A DNA stretch of 64,000 bases from Microthyrium microscopicum (taxonomy: Eukaryota), in the NCBI GenBank assembly GCA_010405405.1, contig MU004238.1:197530-261529 (forward strand). Reading direction: 5' to 3'. How positions within the stretch are numbered: position 1 is the first letter of the stretch; the number at the start of each line of letters is the position of its first letter. Positions 35,961-46,760 of this stretch are shown piece by piece. A model generated the notes under the pieces. That model was given only the letters and a program-made list of their open reading frames with translations, ran no database searches and was not told the origin of the DNA. The position numbers and the translations under genes were made by a program.

Positions 35961-38501
35961 ATGAGTAGCCCTGCGAAACGACGGAAGACGAACAAAGGTT
36001 CCAGCCAACCTGTCAAGAGCTTGGATTTCTTCTTCGCGAAACAAACTGCAAATGCTTCAGCTCAACATGTCCCGAAAATCGAGGCTGGAAAAACGGAACA
36101 GATATCGGATGAGCCCGTAGAGTTGACCGATGAGCAGCTAGCTCGAAAATTGCAAGCAGAGTGGGACCAGGAATCATCAGGACAGCAAGAGCAAGAACCG
36201 GAGACATTACCTTCAGAAGCTGCGGCATCCGTCAAAGAAGAACTCGAACCAGAAGCAACGATATCTGAAGCAGCCGATACGTTTTCTTTACGACCACCAC
36301 CAGCGAAATCGCACAATTTCCTAGCCCTTCAATCTTCGGCAACTGATGAAGATGCAATCACGTCGAATCTACCATTTGACGAGAGCCCTTTGACTTTTGA
36401 TCCTCAAAAATATATACCAGATCTTCAGCAACATTGGGCGGCGGACAAAGGACAAGCGACGTATGCTCTCTTAACGCGATGCTTCGTTTTGGTCAATGCG
36501 ACGACCAGTCGTATCAAGATTGTCGATACGCTAGTCAACATGCTCCGGATAATCATCGAAGCCGATCCAGACTCGTTACTAGCGGCAGTCTGGCTCGCAA
36601 CAAATTCGATATCGCCGCCATACATCGACCTAGAACTCGGTTTGGGAGGCTCCGCGATATCAAAGGCACTCAAGAAAACTTGCGGTCTCAATAATGAATC
36701 CCTTAGAACGCTTTCTAACAAATATGGAGATGCTGGAGATGTTGCATTCGAAGCAAAGAAGAGGCAATTGTTTACGTTGAAAAAACCAAAGCCACTGACA
36801 ATTCAAGCTGTATTTGATTCACTTGTCAAGATCGCGAAGAGCAAGGGCCAAGGAAGCCAGGAGGCAAAACAACGCATTGTGGAACGCCTCGTTTTGGATA
36901 CGAGAGGTGCCGAAGAAAGTCGGTATATAGTTCGAACCCTTGTGCAGCATCTGCGAATAGGAGCGGTAAAGACGACTATGCTGATCGCTCTTTCACGAGC
37001 ATTCCTACTCTCGAGACCAAAAGATGCGGAATTTCTGATCCGGCCCCAAAAGGAACTGTCAGCATTGAAGAAGGAGGAATTGACAGAAGTCTATCAAAAA
37101 GGAGAAGAGATCGTGAAGGCTAGCTTTGCAAGACACCCCAATTATGCTGATCTCATACCGGCACTTCTCGAAGTTGGGGTGTGTGATGAACTTTTACTTC
37201 GTTGTGGGTTGACTCTACATATCCCCATGCGACCTATGCTGGGAAGCATTACGCGAGATCTCAGTGATATGCTAGAGCGACTCAAAGGTAGAGATTTCTC
37301 ATGCGAGTACAAGTATGATGGCCAACGGGCCCAAGTTCACTGCGACGAAAAGGGCAAAGTTACCATTTTCTCTCGACATCTTGAACTTATGACCGACAAG
37401 TATCCCGATCTCGTGGACATAGTGCCCAAGATTCGCGGAGAAGGTGTCAGTAGCTTCATTCTGGAAGGTGAGGTCGTAGCAGTGGATAGCAATACGGGCG
37501 AACTCAAAACGTTTCAGGCATTGTCCAATCGAGCAAGAAAGGATGTTGAGTTACATGCCGTCACGGTCAATGTCTGTCTATTCTCATTCGATTTGATGTA
37601 TCTAAACGGTGAAGAGCTCATGGATCGACCATTTCGAGAACGCAGAAGCCTATTGAAGAGTCTATTCATCGAGGTCCCCAACCGCTTCACCTGGGTCAAG
37701 AATCTAGATGCCATCTCCACCGATTCAGACGCCGTACTCGATTTCTTCAAGTCAGCCACAGAAGCGAAATGCGAAGGCATAATGGTCAAAGTCCTCGACA
37801 ACCAACCCGACGAAGAAGTCATCGAAGAACCCACTGCACCACAAACTCCAACTAAATCCAAAACTAAGAAGAACGCCTCGAAGAAACTGACCACGACCAC
37901 CTCCGAACCAACGAAGAAAGGCAGCCGCCGTAAAGCCCTCCTGTCTACGTACACTCCAGACAAACGTCTAGAATCCTGGCTCAAAGTCAAGAAAGACTAC
38001 GCCACGTCCGCCGACACCATCGACCTTATACCAATCGGCGCCTGGCACGGCTCAGGCCGCAAAGCTGCTTGGTGGTCGCCCATCTTGCTCGCAGCACGCA
38101 ACCCAGACACTGGCGCTCTTGTAGCCGTGACGAAATGTATGAGTGGGTTCACTGATGCTTTCTACAAGGCGAATCGAGCAAAGTATGATCCTGGTGGAGA
38201 CAATGTCATATCGCGGCCGGCGTATATTGATTATGCGGGTGAGCCAACCGTGTGGTTTGCGCCGCAGGAGGTTTGGGAGGTGGCTTTTGCAGATATAACG
38301 ATGAGTCCGACGTATAATGCAGCTCTTGGTTTGGTGAGCGATGAGCGTGGGCTTAGTCTGCGGTTCCCTCGATTCTTGAGGACTAGGGAGGACAAGAGTA
38401 TTGAGGAGGCAAGTACGGAAAGCTTCTTGGCTGATCTATGGTTCAAGCAAGCCGAGAAAGCACCTGCTAAAGAAGTTGAAGCTGAAGACGATGAGGAGTA
38501 G
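35961..38501 (+). CDS. ATP-dependent DNA ligase, ligase I family paralog (S. pombe Adl1-like rather than Cdc9-type)
   Basis: Adenylation motif EYKYDGQRAQ, FILEGE, EGIMVK, WLKVKKDY and SLRFPRF, with the DNA-binding domain present. Confidence 0.9.
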   Translation: MSSPAKRRKTNKGSSQPVKSLDFFFAKQTANASAQHVPKIEAGKTEQISDEPVELTDEQLARKLQAEWDQESSGQQEQEPETLPSEAAASVKEELEPEATISEAADTFSLRPPPAKSHNFLALQSSATDEDAITSNLPFDESPLTFDPQKYIPDLQQHWAADKGQATYALLTRCFVLVNATTSRIKIVDTLVNMLRIIIEADPDSLLAAVWLATNSISPPYIDLELGLGGSAISKALKKTCGLNNESLRTLSNKYGDAGDVAFEAKKRQLFTLKKPKPLTIQAVFDSLVKIAKSKGQGSQEAKQRIVERLVLDTRGAEESRYIVRTLVQHLRIGAVKTTMLIALSRAFLLSRPKDAEFLIRPQKELSALKKEELTEVYQKGEEIVKASFARHPNYADLIPALLEVGVCDELLLRCGLTLHIPMRPMLGSITRDLSDMLERLKGRDFSCEYKYDGQRAQVHCDEKGKVTIFSRHLELMTDKYPDLVDIVPKIRGEGVSSFILEGEVVAVDSNTGELKTFQALSNRARKDVELHAVTVNVCLFSFDLMYLNGEELMDRPFRERRSLLKSLFIEVPNRFTWVKNLDAISTDSDAVLDFFKSATEAKCEGIMVKVLDNQPDEEVIEEPTAPQTPTKSKTKKNASKKLTTTTSEPTKKGSRRKALLSTYTPDKRLESWLKVKKDYATSADTIDLIPIGAWHGSGRKAAWWSPILLAARNPDTGALVAVTKCMSGFTDAFYKANRAKYDPGGDNVISRPAYIDYAGEPTVWFAPQEVWEVAFADITMSPTYNAALGLVSDERGLSLRFPRFLRTREDKSIEEASTESFLADLWFKQAEKAPAKEVEAEDDEE

Positions 38502-38620
38502 CTCCGGAGCTCAGAAATTCACACTTTTGAGATGATTGGGCTGCTTGATTACAATGACACTTGCTACATCAACTCGGACTGAACACATCATGTCCAAGTG
38601 TTTGTTGTCCACCCTCGCAG

Positions 38621-39945
38621 CTAGTCCAGGCAAGTCGTGTTGAAAAGACGATGGCCGGTGTCTGTGGTTCCCTTTCTAGTGTACTTGGTCTTAGAAAATC
38701 ATAGTGTCACCAGACTCAAATTTGGATCATCCATGAGCAACTTGGCCAACTTGCCTTCCTTGCTTGCCCGTTTCCGGACGACGCCAGCAACCACTACCAT
38801 TCGAATCTTAGCATCCATACTACCAACGTGGTGCACGAACTTGACCACAGACTTGCCCGTGTTTAACCCGGAGTCCGCGAGCAATACAGTACTCTGAGAC
38901 TTGACTTATTGGGGCGTAAGAACCTCAACGTTCTTCGCGTCGACAAACTGTCCAGAAGGAAATGCATCACTGACGCCAAAAGCCAGAGGTTCCACGCGTA
39001 CCAGGGGCACGATCAGAGCTGAAGTATCACATCGAAGTTGGTAACCATCTGCTGACTTACCTTGTACGTGTGGAATGGCATAATATTCAAATCCAATGAG
39101 CTCAGTCAGGAATTGTGTTGTCAGGTAGCGTCTTGTCCGCATCGGAAACACAAATCCTTTGAATAGTACCTTCACGCCACAAAGAAAACGCAAAGTGACT
39201 AAGCTTGAACTCGGTATGTCCCATGAATAGCTGCTTAGCGCTCGGCTATTCCAGTCTCGAGAGGTATACTTGGAGTTGGTGAAAGTACAAAAAGTGGTAT
39301 ACCATGATTGTCGCACTCACGTTGCAGTTCTTCTTTCTCACAGTCGTTCCATGTGCGTAACTGATCCACAGACAACGAGCCTCGTCGTCGATGCGAATCA
39401 TTTCTGCGCTGAGCATGAATCACTTCGGCCGGAATGTCAAGAAAAAACATATGCGTATATGTCTCCCAGTCACTGTCCGTCAGTACCGTCTTTGTAGTAC
39501 CTGAATCCTCGTCCCAGGCCATGTATTGCCCTGCGACATAGCCCATCTTTTTACTCTCGGCGCATTCAGATTGTACTTTTTGGATGGCTGCTTTGCGATA
39601 GAACGATTTGGATGCTTCATCAAGCTCTTCGAACCTTTTCAACCCACCAGGAACGATTCCATCAAGCACCTCGGAACCTTCATAGAAGTTGCAGCGACAC
39701 ATGTCACGCTCCTTCAGTTTACCAAGAATGTATGATTTGCCTGACCCTGGAACGCCGAATATGCCAAGCACTGAAGGCTTGTCTCCGGAAGACTTTGACA
39801 AAGGGAAGTAGGATCCCATTGGACCAGACTCGTGTTTCGATTCTGCCGGCGATTCGGCTGACATGAGGTTAATTGGCTTGAAAACGGCAGAAATGGTTCG
39901 ACGCGTTGTTTCTCGATTCTGGAAGTAGAACTCAACAATGTTCAT
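38621..39945 (-). pseudogene. Disrupted P-loop kinase / HAD / uracil-phosphoribosyltransferase fusion gene
   Basis: Walker A GVPGSGKS in ORF 39945-39235. HAD motif-I remnant DADKTL at 39143-39126 in another frame. UPRTase-like remnant (IPHVQG, EPLAFGVSDAFP, VLLADSGLNTGKS, TDTGHRLFNTT) broken by stops at 38908-38906 and 38701-38699. Confidence 0.8.
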
Positions 39946-40706
39946 GGTTATACACTATGGTCTGGCACAACAGGAAACCAGGAGACGTCCAGCTTGGCTT
40001 TATAGCACCATAAAGAAGATTCTTGTCATAGCCAGCCACAACGATAGGTTTGATTCCTCAAATGACCCGAGCTATCTCAGCTGGCAATGTGGAGCTGACT
40101 GCTGCAAGTTCCTTTTACGTGAGAAGAAGTCTACATTCTCGACATCATGTCGTCTTAATCAGACCCGTGATAACTACAAGTTCAATGAAATTGACACTTG
40201 ATCGCGAATGGTATGCTATGGCCATGACCATTGGTCTACACATGATGAAAATGGAAAAACTAGTCGCTCTTAATTTCTAATTCAAGCTTCACGTGGAAAC
40301 GGCGTACGGAAACCAAAGTCATATGATCAGATAGCTGTACCGGACCTCGAAAATTGTCAAAATCGCGAGGCCGCGAGCAATATCAGTCCGATAGTGACCA
40401 GACTGTTGTGCTTGTGGTGATTATTCAGAAGCAAGAGCAGTGTTTATGAGACGATACGGAATATCATAGGAAGTCTTTTAATCCAAAAATGCCACAAGGT
40501 TGCATAATGAAGATTCTAGAATACGATGATCCGACGCGGGAAGTACATGGTTCACCTCAAAGACATCCACCTCGAACAAAGTGAAGTCTGTTACTATGGA
40601 AGTAGGTACTTGTAGAAATCTATGCCCAGGGGAGCTCCAAAAAGAACACCTACTCATTTCCCTCGACTTGCTTACGCGAACAAAAATCTGGATCTACCCC
40701 CAAAAA

Positions 40707-41168
40707 ATGAGTTCCAAAATGAACACCCTCCTACGTCCTTTCCATCGCGCCCTCGGTCTTCCAAGCCAGTCATCTACGTCCTGGTATCGAGCTCGACTTC
40801 GCGAAGAGCTTGAGGAACGCCGACAAGCTACAACCTTCTGGCACAAAATTAGCGAGACTTCAGACGTTCTATACACTATAAGCCGCGCCGAGTACGATGG
40901 CCACCACGTGCGCAATCTACCGCCATTCTCTGTTTCTCGCCACACGCTTCCTTACGCTTATATGGTTGGAAAATTTACATCGCGGCGGATCTTCTATCGA
41001 ACCTCAGCTATGCTATGTGGCGCGCCGAAGCCTCATCTGGTACGCGAGGTTGTGAATCCCATCAGAGACATCAAACTCGAGCAGGTGGCTTCTCGCCATG
41101 GAATCAATCCAGATAAATTCAAACATGTTGGACACCAGTTACTCAAGGTTTGGCCACTTCTTCCATGA
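40707..41168 (+). CDS. Uncharacterised 153-aa fungal protein with a MazG-like all-alpha NTP-pyrophosphatase motif
   Basis: Intact ORF with LREELEERRQA...KISETSDVLY (EExxE..ExxD spacing) and C-terminal VREVVNP..D.KL..VA.RH.I.P...WPLLP. Confidence 0.7.
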   Translation: MSSKMNTLLRPFHRALGLPSQSSTSWYRARLREELEERRQATTFWHKISETSDVLYTISRAEYDGHHVRNLPPFSVSRHTLPYAYMVGKFTSRRIFYRTSAMLCGAPKPHLVREVVNPIRDIKLEQVASRHGINPDKFKHVGHQLLKVWPLLP

Positions 41169-42639
41169 AGCATTTGCTTCAACCCCCGGCGGGACCCTTT
41201 CAACGCGAAGCAAGATACTGGACTTCCTATTTTTCCAATGCAAGCCAATCGCCAGCACAGGAGCCATGAAGACAAAGAATACCAGTCATCCCGAATGAAG
41301 GACGACGAAGCGCAAGTAGAGTTCTCTCTGACCTAAAGTTAGCCTCCAGAGCAATACTGCCTCGGAGCTAGTAGAATCCGCAGATTCTTTACTTACTGCA
41401 ATTTCGGTTCTCACAGCGAACTGGATTGCCAAATTTATATTTGAGTTTAACGCTCTAGCAGAACCAATTAAATACCAGGACACTTTATGGATGGGCCAAG
41501 ACCCGAAGGGCGAAGGACATGACAAGCTATCAGCCTTGCTACGGATTGGCGTGTGGTTTTCACTCTCAAAATAGCAAATATGAAGTCACACTTTGCATTA
41601 ATCGTCTTTCGCAGGAACGTTTCTAACAACACTGCCTTGCATAGCGCTTAGGGGACTAGTGTCGTTGCTCGCCGTCCCTGGTATCTCTTAATTGCCCTAA
41701 ATATAACCTTCTTGGCCATCGTGTTGCTCATTGTAAGTTGCAACTGCTCAGATTGACAGACATGGCTTTGTCTTGGGGCTAATTTATGGCAATTCGCGCA
41801 AGACATCATTTCTTGGGTGATCTAGACCACTAAATTTTGACAACGACTTTCGGCTCGTAGGTAGAGTGCTTTGGTCGATCAAGGATATCAACTCAATCTT
41901 GAAAGACTTAGTAGTTTGAACAAAGATATTTTCATATTGAAGAGAATTTCGGCCTAGGTGGTCGTATCAGCATTGGACCCAACCTGTACAAATCCAGTTT
42001 GTCTGTAGCTGTTGTCACTAGGAGTCTGCAAAGCTGCTAGATAATAGATTGCACTGTGTGCTAGTTGATACCCTACAGAGCCGCAAAGTGCCTCGATCTA
42101 GAGTTGAACTATCATGCCACCACATCTCCAAGAGCCGCACTCCATTAGGTCTGTTGCCTGCAAACCCGGTTGTCCGGTACTTGGCGTTGGCCTAGATCAT
42201 ATCTGCCAGCTTTGCCAAGTGAGCATCACCATTTCTATCGGTCTGGGATCTTGTCACTAGTGTCAGCTGTCCCATGATATATCGCTATTGGGGGTCAACA
42301 GTTCTGTGTCGACTCCATTCATCCATTCTGCTTCCGGTGCGGAGAGCGAAATTCGTAAATATGTCTGGTTCTAATTCTAGATATAACGAGATCTAGGGTC
42401 ATCTCTGGGAATCAATGACCCCAGTTGGTCGATCAAGTCGCAAACTCGGCCAGAATGAAGTATGCGCTACAGGAAGATCCTTATATACCGGATGTTGCTT
42501 GTCGCGAATGCTTGGCGATGTGGCTTCTCTGATGTATAAAAGAGTTGAGCGCGTCGTGAACATTGAGCAGAATTTGTTTCAACAAACACAAACACAAATC
42601 TATCTTCATATCATTCATTTTCAAACCTATCCTGTCGCC

Positions 42640-43257
42640 ATGAAGAACCTTATTTTTGCCTTGCTCTCTGCCATCGTCCTAGCAGCACCGCTCGATACCC
42701 CAAATCAGGTCACCATTGAGCAAAGCAGTCATTCCGGAAATGGTTGTCCTCAGGGCAGTGTCAGCAGCATAATTTCCGGCGACAAAACATACATCACATT
42801 TGGCTTCGATCGGTTCAACGCAGCAATTGGCCCTCGAGCGAACCCAAACGACAAACAGAAGAGCTGCCAGCTCCATCTCAGCCTCCGCTATCCGCAAGGG
42901 TTTCAGGTCGCGCTTATGACGGCCACCTATCATGGCTGGGTCCGTCTAGATTCAGGTGTCACTGCTAATTTCATCTCGTCCTACTACTTCTCTCACGCGG
43001 CATCAAACACAGCTAGTTCCCGCACTACGCTAAGCGGCGGCGAGTTTAAGAACGGGAAGTCATACACAAAAGAAGACAAGATTGAGAACGCCGCGACGGT
43101 CTGGTCACCTTGTGGAGCTAATGGTATATTGAACATCAATAACCGGATTGCCTTGAACTCCAACAACCAGCAAGCGCAGGGAGAGATCTCCAATGATGAT
43201 GCGACCATCAAATTTGAGCACAAGCTGCTCCTTCAGTGGCGACGTTGTAATCAGTAG
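42640..43257 (+). CDS. Secreted DUF4360 family protein
   Basis: Signal peptide MKNLIFALLSAIVLA, then SGNGCPQGS, KSCQLHLSLRYPQGFQ, VWSPCG and LQWRRC. Confidence 0.88.
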   Translation: MKNLIFALLSAIVLAAPLDTPNQVTIEQSSHSGNGCPQGSVSSIISGDKTYITFGFDRFNAAIGPRANPNDKQKSCQLHLSLRYPQGFQVALMTATYHGWVRLDSGVTANFISSYYFSHAASNTASSRTTLSGGEFKNGKSYTKEDKIENAATVWSPCGANGILNINNRIALNSNNQQAQGEISNDDATIKFEHKLLLQWRRCNQ

Positions 43258-43416
43258 GTAAGTTCCTTGTAAGTACAACTATGGTCACATCTAACGAAGT
43301 ATAAAGAGCGAAGAAAGATTACGTGGCCCACAGTGACACTTTTGAGAACGCCGAGCTCAGAAGCGTTATGGATTCTATGTAGAAACTAGCTGTCTATTGA
43401 GAACATGATTTACCTA

Positions 43417-43638
43417 CCATAGCGTGGAGGGGGGAGTTATAGAAATCATTATATGATGATTTGGTACACAAATCTACAATTTCTTACCCTTTGCCGATTA
43501 AAGTTATGTAGACATTGTCGTTACGATGATGAAAGCATAATTAAGAAGAATAAAAACGATTATAACATGCTAAAGTAATTCGTTCTTACCTAAGATTCCC
43601 CTATAATCATTTACAAAACTTCCCCTCACGCACTATGG
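43417..43638. mobile_element. Degenerate 222-bp MITE-like foldback element
   Basis: TA|CCATAG...CTATGG|TA ends with ~40-bp imperfect inverted arms (CCATAGCGTGGAGGGGGGAGTTATAGAAATCATTATA vs reverse complement CCATAGTGCGTGAGGGGAAGTTTTGTAAATGATTATA). Confidence 0.55.
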
Positions 43639-43880
43639 TACTTACGATTGAGATCATATGGAGTACCTCTCGAAGCACATAATGTCAACATCTTATAGCC
43701 TGCTAATTGTTTCATATAATAAGACCATCCAGTATCAATAGCAAGCTATTTTCCGACGTAATCAAGGCTTATTCCTACTCCTGTTTGTCGGTGAGGTCAA
43801 GTGAGGTCAATCAGGCTGAAATACAAGATGACAAGGCTGAAGTTACATAATGTGGTGATCTTTCGAGCTTCTTAAGCTTA

Positions 43881-44100
43881 CCGTAGCTAATCCTGCAACT
43901 GCAACATTAGTTAGCCTGTTTGGGCTTAGCTTAGCTTCCAAATTTAGCGATTTCCCTCATTAATTAGGGGACCCTACCTAACACTATCTGAGTTCTGGAG
44001 TGAAGGGTCCCCTAAAATTAGTGGGGGCAATCACTAAATTTGGAAGCTAAGCTAAGCCCAAACAGGCTAGCTAATGTTGCAGCTGCAGGATTAGCTACGG
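43881..44100. mobile_element. 220-bp MITE (Tc1/mariner-type ends) forming a near-perfect foldback
   Basis: TA|CCGTAGCTAATCCTGCA...TGCAGGATTAGCTACGG|TA. Arms of ~95 bp differ by a few substitutions and one small indel. Spacer is under 30 bp. Confidence 0.85.
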
Positions 44101-44208
44101 TAATGCTCGAAAATAATTTTTACTCGCGATTTTAACATCGATATCTTTCCTGCTGAAAATGCGGCGGTTTCCATGCTGAACAAGAGATATAATACCAACC
44201 AATGCATC

Positions 44209-45510
44209 ATGTTTGAGAACCTCTGCACCCTTCCGCTGACATCGGAGCTTTTTACGCAAGCAGTTCATCCAAATGAGCCTATCCTAGCAGTCGGACTCTC
44301 CTCCGGACATGTACAGTGCTTCCGCCTTCCATCTACAGAAGTCGACGACAGCAGCGATGGCACCAACGACTCGAGTCGTGGTCTGGGCCAAGTTGAGACA
44401 CAATGGCGGACTCGAAGACATAAAGTCAGTTGTCGCACGCTCACATTTGCTGGGGATGGCACAACTCTATACTCTGCCGGCGCAGACGGATTGGTAAAAG
44501 CTGCAAGTACGGAAACTGGCCAAGTGAGCGCGAAAATATCAATTCCCCTCCCAGAAGACCAGTAAGTTAGCATGAATAGCGATTGCGCCTCTTAGACTGA
44601 CAAAATTGTTAGACCGGACATGGACATTGATGCCGCCAGCCTCTTACACGTTCTATCCCCTCAAACACTTCTTCTTGCTACCGATTCCTCAGCCTTACAC
44701 ATATACGATCTACGGGCGCCCTCGAACATGTTCGCCTCTAACAAACCCGTATCAACATATTTTCCCCATGAAGATTACATATCGTCTCTTACACCACTAC
44801 CTCCGAGCGCAGCAAGCACTAGTGGCTTTCCGAAACAATGGGTGACTACAGGTGGTACATCGCTTTCAGTCACAGACATACGCAAGGGCGTGCTGGCTCG
44901 CAGTTCAGACCAAGACGATGAACTTAGCAGCTGTCTCTACGTTGGAGGCTTCAGCAAGCGTGGTAACAACGTCGGCGAGAAAATTGTGGTTGGTGATAGC
45001 AGTGGCGTGCTTACATTATGGGAGCGTGGTGTATGGGATGACCAGGATGAGCGAATCGTTCTAGATCGCGGTATAGATGGCCAAGGCGGTGAAAATGTTG
45101 AATGTCTGTCTGTTATACCAGCCGATATTACTGGCAGTAACAAAATGATTGCAGCAGGCATGGGCGGCGGACTCATTGCTTGTGTTCAGCTGGGAGCTAA
45201 TCAAGTCGTCGATGTATTTCGACATGACGAGATTGAAGCTGTTGTTGGCGTAGACTTTGATGTGTCCAACAGAATGATCAGTGGTGGCGGCCAAGTCGTC
45301 AAAATCTGGCAAGAAAAGTTGCCGGAAGACAACGACGACGCAGAAGAAGAGGCGGAGGTTACCAACGGTGCAAAACGCGACCTAAGTGAAGACGATAGCT
45401 CCGACGAGTCGAGCAGTGAATCAGAGAAAGAGAACAAGCAGAAGAAACGTCGGAAAATTCCTACCAAGAATGGAAATGGACATCTTGGCCTTTTCTCGGG
45501 ACTTGATTGA
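44209..45510 (+). CDS. JIP5: WD40 nucleolar ribosome-biogenesis protein Jip5/WDR55, 2 exons (intron 44562-44612)
   Basis: [53 protein letters not shown] and an acidic/basic tail ending FSGLD. Confidence 0.9.
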
Positions 45511-45810
45511 GTCGAAGTGCTGAATGATAGGATTGGTTTGCGAGCGATTTATTGACGGTATACCCCAAATCAAGGCGTTTCTCTTCTCGTCCCTATTCAT
45601 GAGGACCTTATGCTGTCCATCCGTAACCTTGGTTGGAACCTTGTCTTGTAGATGCACCGCCACAGGCTAGGATTAACCAAACACGAGATGCTCACCTGCA
45701 TTGCCTAGTGCCCTCAATTTGCATCTTGGCCAGGAATCTGACCGACTCTCATTATTCCCTACACTGACGATGATTTACAAGTGGATGAAAGAGACGGACT
45801 TACATCAACA

Positions 45811-46760
45811 ATGGAACCATACACCCAAATTGGACATGCAAGCGACCATATATCCCCATTCTTTAGCCTTCCAAGAGGTTTGTTAACTACTCACTCTTCT
45901 ATTGCTGAACTGACCAACAAGCAGAACTTCGAGATCGAATATACACACTGGTATTCCAGCAAGCTGAACGAGCTTCCAGTGCATTCCCTTACGTGCCCAA
46001 ATCATCCACACACAGCAAAAAGAGAAACAAAATTCACCTTGTGCCAATACCGCCAGTCAACGTCCCTGGAATACTTCTATGTAATCGACGCCTCTTCTCA
46101 GAGTGCTATCACGTTCTAGTCCTGACCAACTTTTTCGTTCTGGAGTACGATTGTCAACCTGTACAACTCTCACCTCAGATCGGCAGGGAGACTCTAGCCA
46201 TTGAGTACAAATTGCCGACAGGAACCATAGATGGAGATGTATTTCCTAAGCATTGTCTCGGATATGCTCTCAGGCTCTGTCCCAATCTGAACAAGCTTAT
46301 AATCAATTTCAAAGTCTTCCGGGCCATTTTACTTGAATTGGAGGAATCCTTTAGAGATCTGACGCCGCCGTTCAGCTGGCCCAAGTTTCTGACCATTCTA
46401 TTCTGTAATCAACAATGTCGTCTCATGGTGCGTGATGTATTCTTCGTAGGAGCCGGACTGCGAAATCTTACAATACCCGCAAACTTGGACTCCAGTCCCG
46501 ATGAATTTGGGATGGATACCGGCGAAGGCGACTGTATAATAACAAGAGACTTTCGCTCAGAGCTTCGCCTTTCCGAGACTGAAATGTTACAATGGATGCG
46601 GCAAGTGTGGATTGAATGTGTTCGAATGTTCAACAGTCATGAGAATCGCGGTGGCTTTCGAAGGTCCATTCAACTCAAAGGCGCCGAGATTGCAATTATG
46701 CACAGTGTGAATCATAACTTTTGGCGGCAGCCACGACGAACACTGACTGTTACATTCTGA
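45811..46760 (+). CDS. Hypothetical protein with an N-terminal F-box-like motif, 2 exons (intron 45878-45924)
   Basis: Splicing creates SPFFSLPR|ELRDRIYTLV, followed by PGILLCNRRLFSECYHVL...NFF. 300 aa in frame. Confidence 0.65.

Noticed and set aside
41033..41525. Minus-strand ORFs with an intron-like GTAAGT..GCTAAC..TAG overlapping the MazG-like gene
   Set aside because: No recognisable product; may be chance or a non-coding antisense transcript.
42415..42639. N-terminal extension of the DUF4360 ORF in the track
   Set aside because: The region contains the TATA-like TATAAA and a CA-rich leader; the signal peptide starts at 42640.
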